In this document: positions 1 through 9,343 of the stretch, one piece after another
Layout: the number at the start of each line of letters is the position of its first letter
Position numbering within the stretch: the stretch's first letter is position 1
IMG/VR virus record: IMGVR_UViG_3300044840_000111
Location: 1-46,182 of that record
DNA from: a virus
Taxonomy: Duplodnaviria; Caudoviricetes
Length of the DNA: 46,182 bases
Strand: one strand, 5' to 3'
Made by a program: the position numbers and the translations under genes
The notes under the pieces: model-generated
Told to the model about the DNA's origin: nothing
Databases searched by the model: none
The model's input: the letters and a program-made list of their open reading frames with translations, nothing else

Positions 1-1143
1 ATGTCGAAGGTAGCCTTCACAGATTTATCGGTACGCAGCCTCAAACCGGGCACGTACTTCGACACCAAGACGCCGGCGTTCGGGCTGCGGGTCGGCAAGC
101 ACCGCCGCACGTGGATCGTTCTCAAGGGCGTACACAGCACCAAATTGAAGCTGGGGCATTATCCCGCGCTGCCCCTCGCAGACGCCCGCAAGCAGGCTCT
201 CATTGCCCTCGGCAGTCCCTACGCTCCGAAGGCCACGAGCCTGACCTTCGAGGCCGCCGCTCCTCTCTTTTTGGAGGAGAACTACAAGGGCAAGAAGGAG
301 CGGTCCAAATCCGAGGCCAAGCGCCTCTTGGCTAAGTTTCCTGCGCTTCAAAAGAAGCCGCTACCCGACATCACCGACGACGATATCAAACGACAGCTCG
401 ACACGCTCGCCCGCACCCCGAGCGAGCAGCTACACGCCTTCCGCGCTCATAGGACGTTCCTGCGATGGTGTACCCGCCCACCACATCGGTACATCAAGCA
501 CAGCCCGCTTGAGGGCTACGCGCCCCCAGGCGAGGACAGGAAGGGCGACCGCATCTTGAGCGACCGAGAACTGGCGAAAGTCTGGTTTGCTTGTCAGGGC
601 CAATTCGGCGCGATGATACGGCTGCTCATCTTGTGGGGCACCCGCAACGGCGAGACCGCCCGCCTTAAGCGCACATGGGTTGATGAGGACTTACTGACCA
701 TCCCCGGCAAGTTCACGAAGAACGGCCGGTCCCACTCAATCCCCCTGTTCCCGATGGCGCGGGCAATTCTCGCCGAGCAGCCGGAAGAAGGCGACTATTT
801 CTTCACGGGCAACGTAGGACCGTACAGCCATTTCAATGACGGCTCATGGGGCAAGCTCAAGCAAGAACTCGACAAGGCTTCCGGCGTCACCGGCTGGCAG
901 GTGAGAGACCTGCGCCGCACCTTCCGGTCGAACATGGCTAAACTTCGCGTGCCGAGAGAGGTTTGCGAAATCCTTCTCAACCACGTCACGGGTGGCGGTA
1001 AAACCGAACTTGACGAAATTTATGACCGCTACGACTACTTGCCCGAGAAGCGGGAAGCCCTCGCTAAATGGGAGCAGCGTCTAAAGGTTATTTTGGCTGT
1101 TGGAGGCGCTATGGAGCACCATGCACAGCTTGCGGCTGCGTAG
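1..1143 (+). CDS. int: Tyrosine integrase with N-terminal arm-binding domain
   Basis: N-terminal D..TPAFGLRVG...TW arm-binding motif; catalytic motifs GTRNGE, TKN, RDLRRT, LLNH and IYDRYDY. Confidence 0.93.
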   Translation: MSKVAFTDLSVRSLKPGTYFDTKTPAFGLRVGKHRRTWIVLKGVHSTKLKLGHYPALPLADARKQALIALGSPYAPKATSLTFEAAAPLFLEENYKGKKERSKSEAKRLLAKFPALQKKPLPDITDDDIKRQLDTLARTPSEQLHAFRAHRTFLRWCTRPPHRYIKHSPLEGYAPPGEDRKGDRILSDRELAKVWFACQGQFGAMIRLLILWGTRNGETARLKRTWVDEDLLTIPGKFTKNGRSHSIPLFPMARAILAEQPEEGDYFFTGNVGPYSHFNDGSWGKLKQELDKASGVTGWQVRDLRRTFRSNMAKLRVPREVCEILLNHVTGGGKTELDEIYDRYDYLPEKREALAKWEQRLKVILAVGGAMEHHAQLAAA

Positions 1144-1233
1144 GAGTCCGCATAGTCTCTCATAGCAGCCATTCGGCTGCACTACCGGTGGTCTACCGGG
1201 CGTTGCGCAACGCTCCATCAAGGAGCATTCGCA

Positions 1234-1470
1234 ATGTCTAACAAGCCGCTGATAGTAGACTGGAAGGGCCTAAAGAAACTTGGCTGGCCGTACTCACGCG
1301 CTCATACGTGGCGCATGATGTTTGACGAGACCTATGGCGAAAATCGGTTTCCCCGATGTCGCAAGCTCGGCAAGGATCGTAATGCTCACCCCGTGTGGCG
1401 CATGTTGGACGTGCTGGCCTATTTGAAGACCCACGGTCTCGACGTGACTGAAGACTGGAATACTCCGTAA
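1234..1470 (+). CDS. xis: AlpA-like excisionase / winged-helix DNA-binding protein
   Basis: YSRAHTWRM...FP...KLG....PVW pattern; follows the integrase; SD AAGGAG at 1220-1225. Confidence 0.75.
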   Translation: MSNKPLIVDWKGLKKLGWPYSRAHTWRMMFDETYGENRFPRCRKLGKDRNAHPVWRMLDVLAYLKTHGLDVTEDWNTP

Positions 1471-1476
1471 GGAGCG

Positions 1477-1513
1477 GGGGCGGCTGAGGTGCACACTTGG
1501 TCGCCCCTTTTTT
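1477..1513 (+). terminator. Intrinsic terminator after xis
   Basis: Stem GGGGCGGCTGAG / CTTGGTCGCCCC followed by T6. Confidence 0.7.
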
Positions 1514-1524
1514 ATAGGACGGTC

Positions 1525-1872
1525 ATGCGCATCACCATTGAGCACAAGGAAGAGACCAAGGGTTTTATCTTCAAAAACCCTTCATACGTTGTACTCCTGA
1601 CGATTGTCTTTTCCGAAGAAGAGCTTGCAATAATCAAGCACAGAAAATTGAAAGACTATCCTCTTTACTCCTACGACATGTTCGAGGACGGCGAAATTGT
1701 AGGTCTTCCGATTGGGTTGTTCAAAGACGGTCGGCCATCCGTTCGATCCTTCGACAATTTAGTAAACGCTAAGGCGTTCGAAACTGAATTGAAGGAGAAG
1801 CACCTTCCCGCGTTAAAAGCTCTTCTTGATGCAAGCCGAGAACTGGGAAAAACGGATACGTTCGAGCTTTGA
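1525..1872 (+). CDS. Hypothetical protein, paralogue A (FSEEELAIIKHR family)
   Basis: ATG 1525 with AGGA SD; N-terminus MRITIEH aligns with the next gene. Confidence 0.75.
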   Translation: MRITIEHKEETKGFIFKNPSYVVLLTIVFSEEELAIIKHRKLKDYPLYSYDMFEDGEIVGLPIGLFKDGRPSVRSFDNLVNAKAFETELKEKHLPALKALLDASRELGKTDTFEL

Positions 1873-1885
1873 TTAGGAAAACGCC

Positions 1886-2284
1886 ATGCGCGTTACCATC
1901 GAACATGTGGAAACGAAGGAGATCATCACTCCATCTCTATTCGCGAGCAAGAAGCCTGTCTATCGGGTCAACGTTGGGATCGTCTTCTCAGAGGAAGAGC
2001 TAGCGATTATCAAGCACCGCAACCTGTCGAAGACCGGAGTTAATCTGCCGCCGAACAAGATATTCAGCAGTCTCGCCAACGGCGACGAAAAACGAGTCGC
2101 CCGCGTTTCGTTTGTGGATATTGAACGCATCCATAAAAACGGTGGAGTATCAGAAGCATTTCAGACAATTCCCGAGGCACAAGATTTTGAGAAACATGTG
2201 AGAGACAAGTTCCTCCCCACGCTCAAGAGCCTGATTTTCGATACGGCGGATTATGGCAAGCCATCGGAGCCGTTCGAGGTTTGA
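1886..2284 (+). CDS. Hypothetical protein, paralogue B
   Basis: AGGA SD; shares MR.TIEH.E, IVFSEEELAIIKHR and FE....K.LP.LK.L with 1525..1872; stop overlaps the next start. Confidence 0.78.
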   Translation: MRVTIEHVETKEIITPSLFASKKPVYRVNVGIVFSEEELAIIKHRNLSKTGVNLPPNKIFSSLANGDEKRVARVSFVDIERIHKNGGVSEAFQTIPEAQDFEKHVRDKFLPTLKSLIFDTADYGKPSEPFEV

Positions 2285-4209
2285 TGGAAGATTTATACAA
2301 ACACGCGAAGCTAGTTCTGGCTCGGAAGAACGTCCCGTTGCCGACTGAGTATCTAAAAATCATACAAAAAGTGCTTTTGGCTGAACGTTCAATTGGCAAT
2401 TGTCCTGTCACACCCGTTTATGTTGGATTTGTTGTGGCTGCGGTCTTGCTCTATCGCCGAGAACACTTCGACTACATCACGCCACCGCCAGAATTTGCGG
2501 ACCCAATTGAAGTTGCGCGCTACCGAGACCTCATAAAAAAGGAGATTCAGAGGCTTGAAGTTGTGGAAGAGCTAATTGCTGCCTTCACAGCAGAAATGGT
2601 CCAGCTTTTCAGCGATTTCACTGATGGTTTACCGCTCATCGCAATCCAGACTTCCGCTCCTAAAGAGGAAGCATCAACGACTGTCCCGTTGATTGATGTG
2701 ATCGATGTACGAGAGACGGTCGCTACGTTGATGCGACCGTTTATACAAAAGCGACCTGATATTTTCGAATCTATGCAAGAAGTTTTGCTAGTTAACTATA
2801 TGGAAGCGACCGGCATCCGCAGTTTTGCAGACTACAAGGGTGGAAAACTGATCGGCCCTCGCGAGTTCAAAGGGACGCCCGCGCAAATCGCAAACGCCTA
2901 TCTTAAGAACACTCCATTTGATGAAATCCTCGACGTTCAAATTCCTTTTTCAATTCCCCAGGAGACGCGCTTTAGCGGACATTGGATCATCGCACCGCCT
3001 GGACGCGGCAAGACGACACTCTTGCACCATATGTTTCTTGAAGACCTTCCGCGAGACGCATCCATTATCGTGATGGACAGCAAGGGCGACCTCATCAATC
3101 CCATTAAAGAGCTTAAGGCTGTACAAGACAGGCTTGTACTCATCGAGCCGGACGCGGATTTTCCTCTCGCCCTCAACCCGCTCGACATCCCGAGTTCCGA
3201 CATTGAGCACACCATCGCGCTTATCGAGTACGTGTTCAGCTCTCTTTTGGATGCGAAATTCACGCCGCTACAGATGACGCTTTTTCGGCATGTCCTGCCA
3301 GCAATCATCCAGTGCATCCCCAATCCTACTCTCACTCATTTCCGGGACATCATTGCGAGCGGGCCGAAGAAGTACGGCAACTATTTCAGCAACCTCGACC
3401 CAGAGCTTCAAGAGTTCTTTGATACGCAGTTCGATTCCGAGACGTACAAAGGAACGCGGACACAGCTCATATGGCGGCTCGACTTCCTGCGGACGAACCG
3501 ATTGATGCGAGCGATGTTCGACGCCCCTAAGACCAAACTTGACCTCGGAAAGGAAATGGACGCCGGGAAGATTATCGTCATCAACAACTCGAAAGCACTT
3601 CTAGGAGAAGAAGGTGCTGAGTTTTTCGGGCGGTTCTTTATCGCACTTGTTCTGTCGGCGGCGCAGCAACGCTCCGGTAGACGGCCCGCCGACAAGCTGC
3701 CCTGCTATTTCTACATCGACGAGTGCCAGAACGTCATCAAACAGGACGAGAAGGTCCCAACCATCCTTGACGAGTGCCGCTCGCAGAAGATCGGCCTCAT
3801 CCTGGCTCATCAGAGAACAGCCCAGATAATCTCAGCGAATGTCCTCAGCGCCCTATCGAACTGCGCTATCCGCATGGCGAACAGCGATGAGGAGGCAAAG
3901 AAGCTCGCGCCAGACCTACGAACCACACCTGAGTTCTTACAGAGCCTTCCCGTTGGAAAGTTTGCTGCATACGTCCGTGACTACACGCAACACGCTCTTG
4001 CCCTCGACATTCCGTACCACGACATGCGCAAGCTGCCACGGATGACTGCCGGAGAGCAGAGTGCGCTACGGGAAAAGATGCGCGTTCAGTATGCGAATCC
4101 CAAAGCATTGCCAGCACCACGAGCAGAGCCGCAGGAAGCGCAGCCCAGGCAACCCCAGCCGCGGCATCCACAGGACGAAGACCTAACCAAGCCAAAAAAG
4201 GGTTGGTAG
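2281..4209 (+). CDS. Type IV coupling protein-like ATPase (VirD4/TraD/TrwB family)
   Basis: GHWIIAPPGRGKTT Walker A, IIVMDSKGD, LNPL, YFYIDECQN Walker B and LILAHQ motif; Pro/Gln-rich tail. Confidence 0.85.
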   Translation: MMEDLYKHAKLVLARKNVPLPTEYLKIIQKVLLAERSIGNCPVTPVYVGFVVAAVLLYRREHFDYITPPPEFADPIEVARYRDLIKKEIQRLEVVEELIAAFTAEMVQLFSDFTDGLPLIAIQTSAPKEEASTTVPLIDVIDVRETVATLMRPFIQKRPDIFESMQEVLLVNYMEATGIRSFADYKGGKLIGPREFKGTPAQIANAYLKNTPFDEILDVQIPFSIPQETRFSGHWIIAPPGRGKTTLLHHMFLEDLPRDASIIVMDSKGDLINPIKELKAVQDRLVLIEPDADFPLALNPLDIPSSDIEHTIALIEYVFSSLLDAKFTPLQMTLFRHVLPAIIQCIPNPTLTHFRDIIASGPKKYGNYFSNLDPELQEFFDTQFDSETYKGTRTQLIWRLDFLRTNRLMRAMFDAPKTKLDLGKEMDAGKIIVINNSKALLGEEGAEFFGRFFIALVLSAAQQRSGRRPADKLPCYFYIDECQNVIKQDEKVPTILDECRSQKIGLILAHQRTAQIISANVLSALSNCAIRMANSDEEAKKLAPDLRTTPEFLQSLPVGKFAAYVRDYTQHALALDIPYHDMRKLPRMTAGEQSALREKMRVQYANPKALPAPRAEPQEAQPRQPQPRHPQDEDLTKPKKGW

Positions 4210-4305
4210 GTTATAATTTCATGGTGCGCCATTGCGCATCCAGTCTCTACATGACGCCTCATGGCAAACGTGGACACAATTGATTTTCCGAGTATTTGAA
4301 AATGT

Positions 4306-5217
4306 ATGGGCAAATTTTCCAACGCCGCCTTAAAAAACCCAGTCACAAAGAAGCCGTGGCACTTCGACCCTGAGAAGGGCACGAATCCTGACGTACTCCA
4401 TCACTTCGCTCGCTTCGGGATGCTTGGCTTCAAAGAGCTTAACCTGCTTCTGCCTCACCATGACCGTCACATCTACCGGACAATCCAGCTTGCGAAGGCC
4501 GATAACGCTCGTTTCATAAAACTGTCCGACTGGCAGGAGCGGCATAAGAGCCAACTTTGGAGCACAGACCTGTTCTACCAGCTCACCCCAGCCGGACAGA
4601 TAATCAACACCAAGCACGCAGTACCCGACTACGAACCCCTTGCAGGCTCAGACTTCGACCACCGGGCTATGTCTGTTCGCTGGATGGTTTCGCTCTGTGC
4701 CGGTGTAGCAGCGGATACCCGCAAACGCTTTATCGAGTGGCCGGAGATTCGCGCACGCCTCAACGGAAGCCCTGCTATCGAGGTGGGAGGCAAGCGCATC
4801 AACACTGACTGGCGACCGTTCGGACTTCAGAACATTTCAGAAGATACCTTCCAGTTTTCGAGAGGGCCGGAGATCGACTGCGGCACAGAGCAGTTCTCTT
4901 ACTCTCATAAGAAATCCAGCACCATCGACAACAAGCTCCTGGCTCACGCTGCCGTCGCGCAACAAGGCTTGTTCAATTCGGAGCTGGGGTTGCTTAACGA
5001 CTTCATCCCGTTCGTCACAGTGAATGCCGACCGCAAGGAAACGATGAAGGCGCATCTCGCGCAATTCGTGAGGGAAGGGCAGATCTCCAAACGCGCCGCC
5101 TCAACCATCGGCTTCGCTGTTTTCCCTTACTACGGCTCAAAGGAGCCCCTTGATACCCGCGCCTACACCATGCCGTATGAACGTGTCGGCCATCATGATT
5201 TCTATTTCAATGCATAA
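4306..5217 (+). CDS. Replication-relaxation (Replic_Relax-like) relaxase/nuclease
   Basis: HTH-like N-terminus ending YQLTPAG, conserved H in FDHRAM, EIDCGTE motif; directly downstream of the coupling protein; TATAAT at about 4213. Confidence 0.7.
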   Translation: MGKFSNAALKNPVTKKPWHFDPEKGTNPDVLHHFARFGMLGFKELNLLLPHHDRHIYRTIQLAKADNARFIKLSDWQERHKSQLWSTDLFYQLTPAGQIINTKHAVPDYEPLAGSDFDHRAMSVRWMVSLCAGVAADTRKRFIEWPEIRARLNGSPAIEVGGKRINTDWRPFGLQNISEDTFQFSRGPEIDCGTEQFSYSHKKSSTIDNKLLAHAAVAQQGLFNSELGLLNDFIPFVTVNADRKETMKAHLAQFVREGQISKRAASTIGFAVFPYYGSKEPLDTRAYTMPYERVGHHDFYFNA

Positions 5218-5245
5218 AAAGGACGGGCGACCCGAAGGCCGCCCA
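5216..5245 (-). terminator. Intrinsic terminator (minus strand, possibly bidirectional)
   Basis: Minus strand GGGCGGCC-TTCG-GGTCGCCC followed by T5. Confidence 0.6.
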
Positions 5246-5339
5246 GGGTGACGAATGACATGGTACAATTCAGTCTTACCAGCCTTGTAACTGCTGGGGA
5301 CGCGCTTCTTACAAGGCGGCGCGTCTCTAGCCGTCGTTT

Positions 5340-5906
5340 ATGTACACAGCCAAGACGATTCCAACGCAGAGACGTTTATTCGAGTTATTTGATTACGACG
5401 CTGATACGGGCGACCTTTGGTGGAAGGTAGGAAACGGCCACGGTCTTCAACCGGGAGATATTGCAGGTTCTATTGCCAGAGGTCAGTTCCCCCGGATTAA
5501 GGTGACAGTCGACGGTTGGCCTTACTATGCACATCGTCTCATTTGGATGCTCGTTTACGGAGCGATGCCTACTGAATTGTTGATTGATCACATCGACGGT
5601 AACGGAACAAACAATCGCATCACCAACTTGCGGCTCGTAACGAAGCAAGGCAACGCAAAGAATTGTGGAATCAGTAGCCTCAACACTACGGGACGTACTG
5701 GTGTTCAGAAGCGAAAAGGCCGTCCCGGTACATGGCGGGTCTACATCACAATAGACGGACGAGAGACCTACTTAGGCAGCTCACGCCAATTCGAGGAGGC
5801 ATGTGCGATGAGAGAGGCGGCAGAGAAAAAGTATGGTTACTTCCCAAACAAGCGCAGAAATAAGCGAGCCACACCCGTAGATGTGGCTCCAAAGTTGGCC
5901 GCTTGA
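5340..5906 (+). CDS. HNH homing endonuclease with AP2-like C-terminal domain
   Basis: AHRLIW, IDHIDGNGTNNRITNLR; NTTGRTGV..WRVYI...YLG...EEA. Confidence 0.9.
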   Translation: MYTAKTIPTQRRLFELFDYDADTGDLWWKVGNGHGLQPGDIAGSIARGQFPRIKVTVDGWPYYAHRLIWMLVYGAMPTELLIDHIDGNGTNNRITNLRLVTKQGNAKNCGISSLNTTGRTGVQKRKGRPGTWRVYITIDGRETYLGSSRQFEEACAMREAAEKKYGYFPNKRRNKRATPVDVAPKLAA

Positions 5907-5911
5907 GATCG

Positions 5912-6169
5912 CTAGTCTTCAACGACCTCTTCCTGTTCCGCGAAGGGCGGAACGAGGACGAGCGCGCCTTTGAAGTTTGCGGTGTCGATGGGCCAGGTGT
6001 TCAGCTTGATTGTGAAGCCTTCCGCGCCGTTCTTTCGCGGAAAACACACTCCCACGGGGCTCCAGTCACGCGGACCGGGACCCGTTTTGGCGCGAACGTA
6101 AAACGCTATTTCGCGCTTCTCGGGCTGTACACCGCGCCTCGTCGAGCGCGTGTCGGTTTCGGTAGTCAT
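5912..6169 (-). CDS. Small phage protein, possibly ssDNA-binding (W..VG..F..KNG..GF.I.L type)
   Basis: GAGG SD, acidic C-terminal tail, motif resembling small alphaproteobacterial phage proteins. Confidence 0.65.
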   Translation of the reverse strand: MTTETDTRSTRRGVQPEKREIAFYVRAKTGPGPRDWSPVGVCFPRKNGAEGFTIKLNTWPIDTANFKGALVLVPPFAEQEEVVED

Positions 6170-6423
6170 TGGATGCCTCTCTTCTCCCGCATCAAGGTTC
6201 AGTTTGATGAAGTGCGGGACGCCAGAGCCAATCGCTCTTCAGTTTTCACTGAACGCGGCTTACGCGCACGATTGGCTGGCGCAGTGTCAGCGACACTACG
6301 GCCACAGGTTGCCCAGTGGCATACCCTTTCGGGCGTCCCGCACTACATCCTGTCCCGATTCTACCACGCTACGGCAAGGTACAATGAACAACGGCCAGCT
6401 CTCAAACATGAAAGGAGAACGCC

Positions 6424-7011
6424 ATGGCCGGCAAAGATTTCATCGACTTCGCCCAACTTAAGGAAAAGGTGAGTATCGCTCAGTGCGTCCAAATGCTCGA
6501 CCTTCACATGAAGGGCAATGACCAACTCCGCTCAGCGTGTCCACAATGCCGGGCGGGAGGAGAACGGGCACTCGCCGTCAATGTGTCAAAGGGCTCGTAT
6601 TATTGTTTTTCGGACGGCAAGGGCGGGGACCAAATTGCCCTCGTTGCTCACGTCCGAGGAGCGAGCCAACGCGAAGCAGCGCAAGAAATGGCCGAGCACT
6701 TCCGCATTTCAACGCCCAAGCAGGAAGAACCTGCAAAGGCGTCGGCAGTAGAAGGCGGCATGAAAGCTCTGGACTACCTTGAGCACTCCCACGACGCCGT
6801 AGCCGTCCTCGGCTTCGACGCTGAGACCGCAAAGGCGCTCGGCATAGGATTTGCCGGGAAAGGATTGATGCGCGGGACCGTTGCCGTTCCTATTCGTCTC
6901 GAAGACGGAACACTTGCCGGCTACATCGGCCTCACTGAAATCGAAAAGCTGCCGCCTAAATGGCAACTACCGATCGACAACGTGGTGCCTATCCCAAAGC
7001 GGAAGGCTTGA
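6424..7011 (+). CDS. CHC2 zinc-finger (primase N-terminal-like) protein without TOPRIM domain
   Basis: CPQC...YYCF..GKGGDQI.LV; VAVPIR..DG.LAGYIG; strong SD AAGGAG. Confidence 0.82.
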   Translation: MAGKDFIDFAQLKEKVSIAQCVQMLDLHMKGNDQLRSACPQCRAGGERALAVNVSKGSYYCFSDGKGGDQIALVAHVRGASQREAAQEMAEHFRISTPKQEEPAKASAVEGGMKALDYLEHSHDAVAVLGFDAETAKALGIGFAGKGLMRGTVAVPIRLEDGTLAGYIGLTEIEKLPPKWQLPIDNVVPIPKRKA

Positions 7012-7024
7012 GTTCTCCCCAACT

Positions 7025-7055
7025 GCCGCTCTGAAATATGGGCGGCTCTTTTTTT
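7025..7055 (+). terminator. Intrinsic terminator
   Basis: Stem GCCGCTC / GGGCGGC followed by a T-run. Confidence 0.7.
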
Positions 7056-7297
7056 GGTTGTTAGACTTAGGTGATGACTTACAGACCCAACAAAAAGCTG
7101 ATTACTGCATTCAAACGCCAAGCCACTCAATGCAGCAATTCCGCGGGCTATTGTGTTTTCCATGCTAGGGAACACCGCAACGGCTATCGGAGCAAAAAAG
7201 CAACATCACCGCACCGCGCCCCATAGTGCACCGTCGTCACTCGCCGCACATCATCGCCAACGGTTACAGCATCAAATCCTCTCGCTACAAAATCGAG

Positions 7298-7567
7298 ATG
7301 GACAAGGCGAACATCATCCAGCTTAACGACTTATTACGAACTGAATTTAAAGGTGGCGTTGTCTTGATGACGCCGACGGTCTACGAGCTTCCATCTCAAA
7401 TGCGCGGACGGGCGCTCTATCGCATGAGCCAAGCCGCACACTTCACGATGGACGATCACAGTGAGGGCGTCTTTGAATACGCGGACTGTCTCTTTCATTG
7501 GCGCATCGGCGTGTTCGCTGGTCAGCGTTCAATCACGCTGGCGATAGGATGCGAGCTGTACAAGTAG
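7298..7567 (+). CDS. DUF3768-like protein
   Basis: I.QLND.LRT.FKGG.V.MT pattern; ATG 7298 preferred over the upstream GTG. Confidence 0.6.
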   Translation: MDKANIIQLNDLLRTEFKGGVVLMTPTVYELPSQMRGRALYRMSQAAHFTMDDHSEGVFEYADCLFHWRIGVFAGQRSITLAIGCELYK

Positions 7568-7628
7568 CCGCCGTTATCCCCATGTGCATCGCATTTTAAC
7601 ATTAAGCTGCGTGATACAATGATTGCAT

Positions 7629-8195
7629 ATGAGAGGAATCAAGGCCGGTTATCCCAAAGAAGCCCTATGTGAAACTTGCCTGCTTCCTTATTTCGCAAAA
7701 ATCCCTACCGCAAAATTCTGCAACAAGAATTGTCGTTATCAAGCGGATAGACAGAAAATTCGCACCCGCCTGCGAACAGTTTTTCACAGCATCCTTGCTC
7801 GCTGCACCAAACCGACAGCAAAGGGTTACGATAGATACGGAGGAAGAGGCATTCGATGTGAATGGACCTCGCTTGACCAATTTGTGAATGACATGGCCGC
7901 CAGTTATCGCCTGGCCTCTTCAAACGTAGGCAGCCGAAATATTCAATTAGACCGACGCGACAACAACAGGAACTACTCTAAGCGCAACTGCCATTGGGTA
8001 ACGGCACGCCAGAACTCGCGCAATCGACGAGATAATGTCCTCATCGCATGGCACGGAAAAACAAAGACACTTGCTGAATGGGCAGAGCAAGCCCCTGTGA
8101 AATACATCACGCTGCACTACCGTTTACGTATCGCTAGGTGGTCGATGGACCGAGCGATGACTGTCGCGAATCGGCAGGCAGCGGAGGGGGTATAA
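7629..8195 (+). CDS. HNH-family homing endonuclease-like protein
   Basis: RC......Y.RYGGRGI.C.W and QLDRRDNNRNY...NC.W.T..QN.RN; extended -10 TGATACAAT 8 nt upstream. Confidence 0.85.
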   Translation: MRGIKAGYPKEALCETCLLPYFAKIPTAKFCNKNCRYQADRQKIRTRLRTVFHSILARCTKPTAKGYDRYGGRGIRCEWTSLDQFVNDMAASYRLASSNVGSRNIQLDRRDNNRNYSKRNCHWVTARQNSRNRRDNVLIAWHGKTKTLAEWAEQAPVKYITLHYRLRIARWSMDRAMTVANRQAAEGV

Positions 8196-8272
8196 TTCAG
8201 CGAGGTTCTTCGGTTTCGGAACTGAGCGCGGCTTGTGGACGCGCTCGCCTCCGCAACCGAGGAGAAATAGTG

Positions 8273-8521
8273 ATGTGGAAAAAGTGCACCGAAGAACGCT
8301 ACGATGAAATGCTAAGCATCCTTCCGCCAGCGGTTTATCTGTATCACGGGTTCCTAGTCGGAGAGCCGGCAAGCCATCGAACCTGCACAAAAACAGGTGG
8401 GTTCAGAGCCGACTTCGCAGCATTCGTTCGCGTCGGGGACGAGCATTACGAAGGGCCGAATCTGACCATCCCGGAGTTCCGAGCGCTTGACCTTGAACAG
8501 ATCAGGAAGGAGGCGGTGTGA
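8273..8521 (+). CDS. DUF1419-like protein
   Basis: EERYDEML.ILPP....GFLVGEP motif; SD GAGGAG at 8259-8264. Confidence 0.65.
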   Translation: MWKKCTEERYDEMLSILPPAVYLYHGFLVGEPASHRTCTKTGGFRADFAAFVRVGDEHYEGPNLTIPEFRALDLEQIRKEAV

Positions 8522-8715
8522 TGCTCGACAAGCCGAACGTCATCTCGCTTCCGAGCTACAACGTCGAGAAGCGAGGAGCCTACTGGTATTATTGGCGTGC
8601 ACCGTTCTTTAGCCGTGAGAGTCCGAAGGGACCATACGGCTCCGCAATGAGCGTGTGCATGATGATTGCGCGTGAACTGGTCCAAGAAATAATGGCACCA
8701 CGCCGCAAGAAGTGA
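8518..8715 (+). CDS. Hypothetical protein
   Basis: SD AAGGAGG; overlaps the upstream stop. Confidence 0.65.
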   Translation: MMLDKPNVISLPSYNVEKRGAYWYYWRAPFFSRESPKGPYGSAMSVCMMIARELVQEIMAPRRKK

Positions 8716-8852
8716 CCCCAACTATCGCCGAGCCATCATGACGCTGACGGATGACCGCTTGAGCAATACAAGCGCCGTTACGGGCTACGTCTGGAGCCTT
8801 GCCGCAGCATTGCTTGCTTCAATGGGATGCTGTGCTCCCACCGGATTGCGAT

Positions 8853-8885
8853 ATCCCCGTGACTCTGACAAAGCACGGGGATTTT
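8853..8885 (+). terminator. Hairpin / intrinsic terminator
   Basis: Stem ATCCCCGTG / CACGGGGAT followed by TTT. Confidence 0.55.
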
Positions 8886-8906
8886 CTCTGTTATAATCAG
8901 TAGCGT

Positions 8907-9263
8907 ATGTCGAAACGAAGGCTTGCAGAATCGCAATGCCGCAAGTGCAAGAAGCTTTTTCCTAGAGACAGTCTACGGCTCGCAACGAACGGCAATATAA
9001 AAGAAAGCATTTGCCGCCCCTGTCAGCTGAATTTTTTGAACGCGCTTCCAGACAAGCATTATCGTAAGCAGAAACGAACCATATGCGAGCAGTGTCAATT
9101 CACCGGACATCCCTGCCAGCTAGACGTGCATCACAAAGACGGTAACCGAAAGAATGGCGGCGTAGAAAACCTTCAGACCCTCTGTGCCAATTGTCATCGC
9201 TTAGTCTCTTACGCTCAACGCATTGCTCTCCTCCGTGAACGACTCTCCCCAGAGGCGGTCTAA
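8907..9263 (+). CDS. HNH endonuclease
   Basis: CEQC...QLDVHHKDGNRKN....NLQTLCANCH; TGTTATAAT 9 nt upstream. Confidence 0.88.
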   Translation: MSKRRLAESQCRKCKKLFPRDSLRLATNGNIKESICRPCQLNFLNALPDKHYRKQKRTICEQCQFTGHPCQLDVHHKDGNRKNGGVENLQTLCANCHRLVSYAQRIALLRERLSPEAV

Positions 9264-9304
9264 GTCGATGGCGGGGTTCTTTTTGGATGATATAATTTGA
9301 GGAT

Positions 9305-9340
9305 ATGGATTACGCGCTGGCGAAGGAGTTGACCCAATGA
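9305..9340 (+). pseudogene. Orphaned 5' end (MDYALAKELTQ*) of a gene split by an HNH insertion
   Basis: Has its own promoter TGATATAAT 8 nt upstream; same frame as 9344..9955; GAGTTG direct repeat at 9326 and 9722. Confidence 0.55.
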
Positions 9341-9343
9341 TTT

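Noticed and set aside
5903-6472. 189-aa plus-strand ORF
   Set aside because: Shadow of the SD-led minus-strand gene 5912..6169 and the promoter region; no recognisable motif
9338-9340. In-frame TGA suggesting a recoded genetic code (code 4 or 25)
   Set aside because: Many clear genes end in TGA (15820, 17798, 29757) or TAG (1143, 16835) with tight downstream coupling, and long genes have no internal stops
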